In this document: in pieces, positions 1-10,250 of the stretch | Position numbering within the stretch: the stretch's first letter is position 1 | How the letters are laid out: every line of letters starts with the position of its first letter | From: Scyliorhinus canicula | Lineage: Eukaryota | DNA length: 64,000 bases | Assembly (NCBI RefSeq): GCF_902713615.1 | Contig: NC_052171.1 | Location: forward strand, 9,984,245-10,048,244 | Reading direction: 5' to 3' | Notes under the pieces: generated by a model | Told to the model about the DNA's origin: nothing | Seen by the model: only the letters and a program-made list of their open reading frames with translations | Databases searched by the model: none | Translations under genes and position numbers: made by a program

Positions 1-289
1 GGAGACGAACCCCCCCCCCCCCCACCGCGCATGCGCTGGGATGACACCAGCACCACGCTGGCACTCCCGCGCGTGTGCCAACTCGTGCCGGCCGGCGGAG
101 GCTCTTCAGCACCGGTTGGCACGGGACCTACCCCGACGACGCCGGCCTAGCCCCTGAAGGTGTGGCGGCCCGGCCGGAGTGGTTCACGCCATTCCTCAGC
201 CCCGGGACCGGGTAGGGTAGAATCCCACCCACTGCCTTCAAATCTCTGTAAAGGACAGGTAGTACTGTACTGAGGACGCAGTGGGGGAG

Positions 290-738
290 GGCTGCAGAAG
301 GAATTGGACAGGCTAGGAGAGTGGACAAAGAAGTGGCAGATGGAATACAATGTGGAAAAGTGTGAGGTTGTGCACTTTGATAGGAGGATTGGAGGCATAG
401 ACTATTTTCTAAATGGGAAAAGGTTTGGGAAATCAGAAGCACAAAGGGACGCGGGAGTCCTGGTTTGCGATTCTCTTAAGGTTAACGTGCAGGTTCCTCA
501 GAGATGAGGAGGAATTTCTTCAGCCAGAGGCTGGTGAATCTGTGGAACTCTTTGCCGCAGAAGGCTGTGGGGGCCAAATCACTGAGTGTCTTTAAGACAG
601 AGATGGATAGGTTCTTGATTAATAAGGGGGTCAGGGGTTACGGGGAGAAGGCAGGAGAATGGGGATGAGATATCAGCCATGATTGAATGGCGGAGCAGAC
701 TCGATGGGCCGAATGGCCTAATTCTGCTCCTATGTCTT
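290..738 (+). mobile_element. CR1/HER1-like LINE 3' fragment (internally deleted)
   Basis: DRLGEW..WQMEYNVEKCEVVHF motif plus the gatgggccgaatggcctaattctgctcc tail. Confidence 0.8.
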
Positions 739-1355
739 AAGGACCTCCCAACACACTCCCGTTTCTATCTCCTCCTGTTTATAGATTGAGCGACGCCTCG
801 GCACTATTAAACACCATTAATCTCCAGTTAACACGGGATACAATCTCATAAGGATGACCCTGACCCTTCAGTCACTTCCTCCAGGTGTTAACTTCAACAA
901 GATTAAACATAGAAAGATAGAAAATAGCAGAAGACGATTCAGCCCTTCGAGACTGCTCATTACGGCTAATCCTTGATCGCGAAGGCATGTTCCCACTTTC
1001 TCCCCAAGCTCATTGACGCCATTAAAATCGAAAAGGATTTTATACGTTTCAGCAAGATCCACTCTCTTCTAAACTCCGGCGAGGTCACACTCCGGCGCCT
1101 GTTCGGGTACACGGAGGGAGAATTCAGAATGTCCAATTCACCCAGCAAGCACGTCTTTCGGGACTTGTGGGAGGAAACCGGAGCGCCCGGAGGAAACCCC
1201 ACGCAGACACGGGGGAGAGAACGGGCGTACTCCGCACAGGCAGTGCTGGGAATCGAACCCGGGGCCCTGGCGCTGTGAAGCAACAGTGCTAACCACTGTG
1301 CCACAGTGTGGATTCCGAAAGGGAATTGGGGAAAACACAGGGGGGAGGTACCGAC

Positions 1356-1490
1356 CTCCTGGAAAGATTCAACAAGGTCATCATCAGCTTCTCGTTTCCC
1401 ACCAGGCCGCAGATCGAAGGACCAATGCTGTGCAGACAGGAAGTTGACAAAGATGGCGCTGCCCAGCGCAAAACAGACCAGCAATTTCAT
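1356..1490 (-). CDS. GNRH1: Prepro-gonadotropin-releasing hormone 1, first coding exon (signal peptide, decapeptide QHWSFDLRPG at 1401-1430, GKR site, start of GAP); downstream exons lie outside the window
   Basis: Translates MKLLVCFALGSAIFVNFLSA-QHWSFDLRPG-GKR-EADDDLVESFQE. Acceptor tttgcag ends at 1528 and donor GAG|gtcggt is at 1355. An in-frame upstream ATG (MSPT) is at 1502. Next to KCTD9, as for tetrapod GNRH1. Confidence 0.96.
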
Positions 1491-1715
1491 CGTGGGTGAC
1501 ATTCCGGGAGAGCGAGGGCGTCGTGAGCTGCAAATTTTAAAACATAGATTGAATTATTCGTCAGTTGGAAAAATAAGTGGGGTGGGGTGTACGTGCCATA
1601 CAGAATCAGCTCTAAGAATGAATATTGTTTTAAAAAGAGAATGGATTTTAAAAGAAATTCTTCTGCTATCCAATTAAGGGGGCGATTTAGCGCGGCCAAT
1701 CCACCTACCCTGCAC

Positions 1716-2050
1716 ATAGAACATAGAACAGTACAGCACAGAACAGGCCCTTCGGCCCTCGATGTTGTGCCGAGCAATGATCACCCTACTCAAACCCACG
1801 TATCCACCCTATACCCGTAACCCCCCCTTAAACTTACTTATTTAGGACACTACAGGCAATTTAACCTGGCCAATCCACCTAACCCGCACATCTTTGGACT
1901 GTGGGAGGAAACCGGAGCACCCGGAGGAAACCCACGCACACACGGGGAGGACGTGCAGACTCCACACAGACAGTGACCCAGCCGGGAATCGAACCTGGGA
2001 CCCTGGAGCTGTGAAGCATTTATGCTAACCACCATGCTACCGTGCTGCCC
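1716..2050 (-). mobile_element. HE1-type (V-SINE) tRNA-derived SINE, full length, nested in another SINE
   Basis: tRNA-like head GGGCAGCACGGTAGC..GGTTCGATTCC, core GGGTTTCCTCCGGGTGCTCCGGTTTCCTCCCAC and LINE-like tail. Confidence 0.85.
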
Positions 2051-2128
2051 AAAACCCATCTTTGGGTTGTGGGGGCGAAACCCACGCAGACACGGGGAGA
2101 ATGTGCAAACTCCACACGGACAGTGACC

Positions 2129-2340
2129 TGTTAAGTAATGGGTTAAGAGACATTGCAATTAGTTGTCTCATTTATGTTAAGTGTTCAATGATTGACACTG
2201 ATATGTAAAGGGGCTTCAGGTGGACTTGTGATGATCTGTAGAGTTCTGTGCAGAGTGAGTTTGAACCATTAAAGGTGTGTTAGGGGAAAAAGGAGCTGAA
2301 CGCTTGCCTCTTCATACCACAGCATCTGATGCATTTAACA
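2129..2340 (+). mobile_element. Short solo LTR inserted in a SINE
   Basis: TGTTAA...TTAACA termini; 5-bp TSD tgacc. Confidence 0.8.
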
Positions 2341-2699
2341 TGACCCGGGGCCGGGATCGAACGCGGATCTTCGGCGCCGTGAGGCAGCAGTGCTAACCGT
2401 GCCGCCAAAGAAGTGTTTTAATTAGCCCCCCAGAATCCTTTAGGCACTGAAATTAGGAGCAGGAGGAAGCTCTTTGGCCCTTCAAGTCTGTTCAGCCATT
2501 CAATATGATCAGGGTTGACCCTTGACCTCAAAGCCATATTCCTGCTTTCTCCCCATACACCTTGATGCCATTAAAATCTCATCCTTCTAAACTCTAGTTT
2601 ATACAGGCCTTGTTGAAGCAGCCACTTCTCACAGGACAGTTCGCCAACCCCAGTACAGCTAACAGCCATACTTAAGGGCATTACTAACAAATATTTCAT

Positions 2700-3032
2700 C
2701 GAATCAGAGAATTTACATTCGGGTCATTCGGCCCATCGAGTGTGCACCGGGCCTTGGAACGAGCACCCTATCTAACCCCGCACCCTATTCCTGTAGCCCA
2801 GTAACCCTGCCGAACATTTTTTTGGACGCTAAGGGTAATGTAGCATAGTCGATCCACCTAACCCGCACATCTTTGGACTTGTGGGAGGAAACCGGAGCAC
2901 CCGGAGGAAACCCACGCAGACACGGGGGAGAACGTGCAGACTCCGCACAGACAGTGACCCAAGCCGGGAACCGAACCTGGGACCCTGGAGCTGTGAAGCA
3001 ACTGTGCTAACCACTGTGCTACCGTGCTGCCC
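2700..3032 (-). mobile_element. HE1-type SINE
   Basis: Same head, core and tail. Confidence 0.85.
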
Positions 3033-3959
3033 CTGTGCTACCATGCTGCATTTCTTGGGGCCTTACATACTGCAGTATGATTCGTGACACCAGGTAAGAG
3101 ACAAACTGCCCAAATCCCTTGGGAGACTTGAGGCAGCTGCCAGAACGGTTTTGCAATTTGTGTATTATGAGGAGCAACTAGATTTTACATTAAAGTTGGG
3201 CGGCACGGTGGCGCAGTGGTTAGCACTGCTGCCTGACAATGCTGAGGACCCGGGTTCGATCCCGGCCCCGGGTCACTGTCCGTGTGGAGTTTGCACATTC
3301 TCCCCGTGTCTGCATGGGTCTCACCCCCACAACTGTAAGTTGTGCAGGGTAGGATGGGTTGACCACACTAAATTGCCCCTTAATTGGGAAAAAAAAATTG
3401 GGTACTCTAAATTTAGTTTTTTAAATAAATAAATAAATACAAGAACGCCTTTACGTAGTTAGCAGTATGTTTTAAGAGATCCCCCAAAAAAAGTTTTGGC
3501 CTCAAATAAACCCCCCGCCCCCAGCTCACCCTTTAGATGGCAACAGTCCTTACAGATTATCTTACCTCAAAATTTCCAATAACTTTACCACGCAGTACCC
3601 TGATGCTGTAGCGTTCACTGAGTGTGAAAGAAAACTGGTTCTCACAGGTCTGGGGAGAGTGCAGGAGTTTGGTGTTAAGATAGAGGATCAGCCATGATCA
3701 TATCGAAAGGCGGAGCAGGCCCGAAGGGCAAAATGGCCGACTCTTGCTCCTATTTTTCTGTTTCCCTATTTTAAAAGTAAACTTACACCATCTTTGTCTC
3801 ATTTATTTACAATCTTTCAATTGTATATGTTTCCCTTTGAAATTCAACAGCCAACTTCAAACTACTTCTTTCTTTGCTTGATGTAAATTCTTATTTAAGT
3901 TCCCGTGATCCCTGTATTCATCATCGCATCAAACCACTTGCCTTCACGCCCTTCTTATT

Positions 3960-4275
3960 GAACATAGAACATACAGTATAGAAGGAGGACATGTGGCCCA
4001 TCCCATCTGTCACTTAAGCCCTCACTTCCACCCTATCCCCATAACCCAATAAATCCTCCTATCCTTTTTGGTCACTAAGGGTAATTTATCATGGCTGATC
4101 CACCTAACCTGCACGTCTTTGGACTGTGGGAGGAAACAGGAGCACACGGAGGAAACCCACACAGACACGGGGAGAACGTGCAGACTCCGCATAGGCAGTG
4201 ACCCAGTGGGGAATCGAACCTGGGACCCTGGCGCTGTGAAGCCACAGTGCTATCCACTTATGCAACGTGCTGCCC
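3960..4275 (-). mobile_element. HE1-type SINE
   Basis: Same head, core and tail. Confidence 0.8.
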
Positions 4276-4836
4276 ACAAGTTCGACCGTTGAAATCTGCT
4301 GCGCACGCCCCCATTCCATTATAAGAGAATATCACAGCGTTATTACTAACAATCTTTGCACACTGATTTATTTGCGGAGATACAAGTCACAAGCAAATAC
4401 CTCCTAACCCTCCAGTATCAGTCTGCTCCTATTAATAGGAGCTCAAGTGAGCCGCCGGTGGTTAAGGAAAGACCATTCAGCCCATTGCATCTTCTCTAGG
4501 ACATTGACCAGCACCTGCACATTCTCTCCCTCCCCCCCCCCCCCCCCCCCCCACCCAAACTTTATCTCACAGCCCGAGCGTGGTTCTGCCTTGCAAACCC
4601 CACCCCTCACAGTCAACACTCTGGCCTACTCATCATCTTCACTGTGTACCGTGGCTCCACCACACCCACATTTTTGAGGCTCACTATTCGCGGAATCACA
4701 GAATAATAGTGCAGAAGAAGCCATTCGGCCCGTCCAGTCTGCACTGACTGTTCACTGCAGATTTGACATGCTCTTTGACTGTCGTCAACTGGCTAAGCCC
4801 TGCACTCGACAGGGGATTCCTTGGGAATATGCAAGT

Positions 4837-5182
4837 GGGCAGCGCAGTGGAGCAGTTCTCAGCACGCTTGCCTCACAGCGCCAGGGTCCCAGGTTCGATT
4901 CCCGGCTGGGTCACTGTCTGTGCGGAGTCTGCACGTTCGTGTCTGCGTGGGTTTCCTCCGGGTGCTCCACCGTCCTCCCACAGTCCAAAGACGTGCAGGT
5001 TAGGTGGATTGGCCATGCTAAATTGCCCTTAGTGTCCAGGGATGTACAGGTGAGGTGGGGTTACGGGGATAGGACGAGGGAGGGGGGAGTAGGGCCCAAG
5101 TCGGGTGCTCTTTCGGAGGGTCAGTGCGGACTCGATGGGCTGAATAGCCTTCCTCTGCACTGTGGGGAGATCTATGATCTAT
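4837..5182 (+). mobile_element. HE1-type SINE
   Basis: Same head, core and tail. Confidence 0.8.
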
Positions 5183-5287
5183 GATACAGCTGGAAACTGC
5201 CTCCTTTAGCTCAGGGAACGGGAGCAACTGATTAAAGAGTTGACCATGGAGGGCAGCATAACAATGAGGGAACAAGAAATCCCTTAC

Positions 5288-5450
5288 CTTGTCTGGTTGC
5301 GACTCGGAGCCCTGTGCTCAGTTTGAATCTCGGCCGCTGTATATATACAATACAGGCATTAAGATCCCAATGGGGGGGGGGGGAAGTGGAATCCTGCAGA
5401 GGATTAAACTAAACCCATAATCCCCTCTCCGCCATACCTGTAATTATTGA
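5288..5450 (-). promoter_or_regulatory. GNRH1: Probable GNRH1 core promoter and short non-coding exon 1
   Basis: Minus-strand TATATATA at 5340-5347 and strong donor AAG|gtaagg at 5287 about 55 nt downstream. OTX-type GGATTA/TAATCC at 5401 and 5418, TAATTA at 5441. GnRH genes have a non-coding exon 1. Confidence 0.6.
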
Positions 5451-5877
5451 GCCGCTGAAGTCAACTCCAACAAATTGATCAATCTCCGGGGGACGAATTA
5501 TGATTCCAAAGTGCCCAGGCTAAAAGTTCGCCTTAAAGTGGCACAGTGGGGCGTAGATGTAAATGTATTAGTCAGAAATTACTTCCCCTTCAGAAGAGCT
5601 GTTAATCCATTTAGCTGTTACAGATTAAAGACACATTAAACAGGTCCCCTACCTTGTAACCATATGACAAGGCGATATTTCGGATCTTGCACCTCAGATT
5701 TGAAGATGGAAACCCATTCTTTGCACACATTTTTTAAGATGCACTGGGGATCAGAGGTACCTTGGTGTGTGCCTGTCGTGAGGGCACGTCCTGTTGATTC
5801 CCCTATTTCCTCTGTCTATTATTTTTGCCGTTACTATTTTCGATCCATGGATGGATTAATGGACGTGTCTTTAAGGC

Positions 5878-6926
5878 AAGCAGATGAGGGAACAAAATGG
5901 AACATCTCAAAGTTTGCAGATGTTGGGTTGGGGTGGGAGGGTGAATTGTGACGAGGATGCAGGGATCCTACAGCAAGACCTGGACAGGTTGGGCGAGTGG
6001 GCAAACCAATGGCAGATGCAGTATAATTTGGATAAGTGTGCGTTTATTCACTTTGGAAGCAAAAACAGGAAGGCAGATTACTACCTGAATGGTTGTAAAT
6101 TGGGAGAGGAGAGTGTGCAGTGGGACCTGGGTGTCCTTGTGCACCATTCGCTGAAGGTCAGCATGCAGGTACAGCAGGCGGTAAAGAAGGCTAATGGTAT
6201 GTTGGCCTTCATTGCGAGAGGTTTTGAGTACAGAAGCAGGGATGTGTTGCTGCAATTGTACAGGGCCTTGGTGAGGCCACACCTGGAGTATTGGGGGCAG
6301 TTTTGGCCTCCTTCTCTGAGGGAGGATGTTCTTGCTCTCGAGGGAGAGCAGCAAAGGTTTACCAGACTGATTCCAGGGATGGCGGGACTGTCACGTGAGG
6401 ACAGATTGCCGAGGTTAGGATTGTTCTCGCTGGAGTTCAGAAGAATGAGGGGGGATCTTATAGAGACTTATAAAATTCTAACAGGACGAGACAGGGTAGA
6501 TGCAGGGAAGATGTTACCAATGATGGGTGTGTCCAGAACCAGGGGTCACAGCCTGAGGATTCAGGGTAAACCATTTCGGACAGAGATAAGGAGACATTTC
6601 TTCACACCAAGAAATGAAATGAAATGAAAATCACTTATTGTCATGAGTAGGCTTCAATGAAGTTACTGTGAAAAGCCCCTAGTCGCCACATTCCCGAGAA
6701 TGGTGAACCTGTGGAATTCATTACCACAGGAAGTAGTTGATGCTAAAACATTGAATATATTCAAGAGGCGGCTGGATATAGCACTTGGGGAGAATGGGAT
6801 CAAAGGCTATGGGGAGAAAGCAGGATTAGGCTATTGAGTTGGATGATCAGCCATGATCGTGATGAATGGCGGAGCAGGCTCGAAGGGCCAAAAGGCCTCC
6901 TCCTGCCCCTATCTTCTATGTATCTA
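5878..6926 (+). mobile_element. CR1/HER1-like LINE 3' fragment
   Basis: SKFAD...LQQDLDRLGEWA..WQM...RPHLEY...RGDLIETYKIL, plus 3' tail. Confidence 0.9.
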
Positions 6927-7765
6927 TGTGACATTCAGAGGTTACAGAGGGAACACTCCGCTCATCTCTGCTGGTTTAAATAGGAGCTGGAAGACTTGTC
7001 AACACCAGAGAGAAAGATGGGGTGCGACTCGGTTTGATTGATTGGCTGGAAGCCAGTGAATTGGCTGGAAAGGTTGTACTCTGCCCGGTAACCGGTGGGG
7101 ATTGAATCCCATCCCAGTGGAATGATTTTTCAGGGTCCCAAGGAGTTTGACCCTGGCAACACAGACAAGATCCCGCTACTCCCCCACTCCCTCATGTTTG
7201 CTCCAGAAAAGCTGGGAATGCTGCATTTCTGAACTGGCGTAGAACCTGAACGGATCTAGCTACATGAAAGCCATTTGCAGGCTGGAAACTAAGACCAGAA
7301 CCTGCTACCTCTCACCAGGAAAGCCCATGAGTGCAGTAGTTCTGAAACCTCAGAGGCCTGAATAACCTACAATAAAACCACAAACTGAAAGTGAGGTTTG
7401 AAGAGGAGTACGGTGCTGAAAACCACCAGCTGAACCAAAGGCACGTTTTTCCTTTTTCCTATTCTTTTTTTACCCCATTCTTCCCCCTCTGTGTTAGTCT
7501 GTCTTGTGTGTCTGTGTATGTCGAGGGTGGGGGCAAGTTAAAGTGTGGCATTAGGGATTAGGTAATAGTTAACTAGTTGTGTTTGCTGCAGGTTTCATTA
7601 TAGTTCTTGCCACGAATAACAAGTAATTGTGTTCTACATTTGCAAACCTGGACAGCCAAGGATCGCGGGTATTTGTCCAACAATTATTGGCTAATTCACT
7701 TGTGTGGTGACTCCAGGGCAGGTGGGGCTGGAATTGACCACACACTAGCCCAGGGTGTTGTAACA
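6927..7765 (+). mobile_element. Probable solo LTR (Gypsy-like); related fragments near 13410-13890 and 21196-21480
   Basis: TGTGACA...TGTAACA termini; 3' end (gactcc..gg...actagccc.ggg...aca) shared with 13850-13890; no clean TSD. Confidence 0.55.
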
Positions 7766-7969
7766 ATATCCCTTAAGGTAGAGTGTTAGGTAGATACAGT
7801 GGTTAAGAAGGCATTTGGGATACTTGCCTTTATTAGCCAAGGCATAGAGTTTAAGAGAAGGGAGGCTATGCTGGAACTGTATAAAACATTGGTGAAGCCA
7901 CAGCTAGAGAATTGTGTGCAGTTCTGGAATCCACCTTATGCTGGTATGTGATAGCAGTGGAATAATCTA

Positions 7970-8274
7970 AATATCTTTACTAGTGCCACAAGTCGGCTTA
8001 CATTAACACTGCAATGAAGTTACTGTGGAAATCCCCTCGTCGCCACATTCCGGCGCCTGTTCGGGTGCACGGAGGGAGAATTCAGAATGTCCAATTCACC
8101 TAACGAGCACGTCTTTCAGGACTTGTGGGAGGAAACCGGAGCACCCGGAGGAAACCCACGCAGACACGGGGGAGAACGTGCAGACTCCGCACAGACAGTG
8201 ACCCGAGCCGGGAATCGAACCCCTGGGTCCCTGGTGCTGTGAAGCAACAGTGCTAAACACTGTGCTACCGTGCC
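7970..8274 (-). mobile_element. HE1-type SINE with alternative tail (..ccgaacaggcgccggaatgtggcgact..)
   Basis: Same head and core; tail shared with 1075-1308 and 10738-11015. Confidence 0.8.
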
Positions 8275-8296
8275 CTTCCCATAGATAAAATCAAAG

Positions 8297-8369
8297 TGGA
8301 GAACGTGGGCATCGATCCCACTACCTCTCACATGCAAAGCGAGCGCTCTACCATTTGAGCTAATTGCCC
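8297..8369 (-). tRNA. tRNA-Ala(UGC)-like gene, possibly a pseudogene
   Basis: GGGCAATTAGCTCAAATGGTAGAGCGCTCGCTTTGCATGTGAGAGGTAGTGGGATCGATGCCCACGTTCTCCA: 73 nt cloverleaf, TGC anticodon, G3:U70, one C4:C69 mismatch, TTTT a few nt downstream. Confidence 0.8.
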
Positions 8370-8940
8370 CAGTCAGCGAAGAGGCGATTTACCAGGATGT
8401 TGCCTTGGGTTGCAGAGTTTTAGCTATGGAGAAGGTCTGGATAGACTGAGGCTGTTTTCCTTGGAGCAGAGGAGACTGAGACGTGATTGAGATATATAAA
8501 ATTATGAGGGGCATAGGTAGAGTTCAGAGGAAGGAACTTTTCCCCTTAGTAGAGGGGTCAATAACTAGGGGGCATATATTTAAAGTAAGGGGCGGGAACT
8601 TTCGAGGGGATGTGAGGAAGAATCTTTTCACCCAGAGGATGATGGGAATCTGGAACTCGCTGCCTGAAAGGGTGGTCGAGGCAGGAACTTGCACAACATT
8701 TAAGAAATATTTAGATATACACTTGCGATGCCAAGGCATAGAAGGTGTTTGGGGCCAAGTGCTAGAAAATGGGATTGGAGTTGCTGTTTAGCACAGGGCT
8801 AAATCGCTGGCTTTGAAAGCAGGCCAGCAGCACGGTTCGATTCCTGTAACAGCCTCCCCGAACAGGCGCCGGAATGTGGCAACTAGGGGCTTTTCACAGT
8901 AACTTCATTTGAAGCCTACTTCTGACAATAAGCGATTTTA

Positions 8941-9281
8941 GGGGCAGCATGGTAGCATGGTGGTTAACATAAATGCTTCACAGCTCCAGGGTCCCAGGTT
9001 CGATTCCCGGCTGGGTCACTGTCTGTGTGGAGTCTGCACGTCCTCCCCCTGTGTGCGTGGGTTTCCTCCGGGTGCTCCGGTTTCCTCCCACAGTCCAAAG
9101 ATGTGCGGGTTAGGTGGATTGGCCATGCTAAATTGCCCGTAGTGTCCTAAAAAAAGTAAAGGTTAATGGGGGGGGTTGTTGGGTTACGGGTATAGGGTGG
9201 ATACGTGGGTTTGAGTAGGGTGATCATGGCTCGGCACAACATTGAGGGCCAAAGGGCCTGTTCTGTACTGTTCTATGTTCT
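8941..9281 (+). mobile_element. HE1-type SINE
   Basis: Same head, core and tail. Confidence 0.85.
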
Positions 9282-9711
9282 AATAGTTAGGTGGTTGTTT
9301 TGGGCCTTTTCTGTTACGTAGACATCGACGACTCCATGAATATGTATTACTGACTTCCCCGTTCAGTTCTCGGTCCGAGTTGCCATGCATGAGTGGAGGA
9401 TCGTTGATCTCACTCACTGCAAAGGGAAGCTCCCTCGCATCAATCCCGAGTTTTTACCAGAAGGCCCCCTAATTTGTTACAACTTAATACCGAACTTCGG
9501 ACTAAATTTGAATTGACCAGTCCCCCTAATTGATTTTTAAAGAAACACACAGTGACCTGTGATCGTCATCAAAGATGGCCGCACATTTGCATCGCTGCTC
9601 CTTCTGTGTTCCAAAACTATTCAAATGGAGAGCAACTGTCTGCAAATACCTGAAGTCATTTGGACAATGAGACCCTGACTCAAGCATCGGAAACTGATGC
9701 TTCTGCAGCAG

Positions 9712-10250
9712 AGTGTTCAATTCTGGGTCGCCACACTGTCAGAAGGATGTGGAGGCTTTAGAGAGGGTGCAGAAGAGATTTACCAGGATGTTGCCTGGTA
9801 TGGAGGGCATTAGCTATGAGGAGCGGTTGAATAAACTCGGTTTGTTCTCACTGGAACGACGGAGGTTGAGGGGCGACCTGATAGAGGTCTACAAAATTAT
9901 GAGGGGCATAGACAGAGTGGATAGTCAGAGGCTTTTTCCCAGCTCAGAGTGGTCAATTACTAGGGGGCATAGGTTTAAGGTGCGAGGGGCAAGGTTTAGA
10001 GGAGATGTACGAGGCAAGTTTTTTTACACAGAGGGTAGTGGGTGCCTGGAACTCGCTGCCGGAGGAGGTGGTGGAAGCAGGGACGATAGTGACATTTAAG
10101 GGGCATCTTGACAAATACATGAATAGGATGGGAATAGAGGGATACGGACCCCGGAAGTGTAGAAGATTTTAGTTTAGATGGGCACCATGGTCGGCACGGG
10201 CTTGGAGGGCCGAAGGGCCTGTTCCTGTGCTGTACTTTTCTTTCTTCTTT
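9712..10250 (+). mobile_element. CR1/HER1-like LINE 3' fragment
   Basis: KDVEALERVQKRFTRMLPG...RGDLIEVYKIM plus tail. Confidence 0.9.

Larger units (their letters stand above)
7785..8790 (+). mobile_element. CR1-like LINE fragment interrupted by a SINE plus tRNA block (~7963-8375)
   Basis: LINE sequence stops at ...gcagtgga and resumes at gaggcgatttaccaggatgttgcc. Confidence 0.8.

Noticed and set aside
966-1355. C-terminal extension of the 178 aa GnRH ORF
   Set aside because: Read-through past the splice donor into an intronic SINE
3199-3280. tRNA-like sequences at SINE 5' ends throughout the window
   Set aside because: A/B-box heads of SINEs continuous with the SINE core; not stand-alone tRNA genes
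3560-3570. Alternative GNRH1 5' exon donor (GAG|gtaaga)
   Set aside because: No supporting promoter or clear acceptor; the 5288 donor with a TATA box is better supported
5884-6627. 247 aa ORF as a host gene
   Set aside because: C-terminal fragment of a CR1-type LINE ORF2
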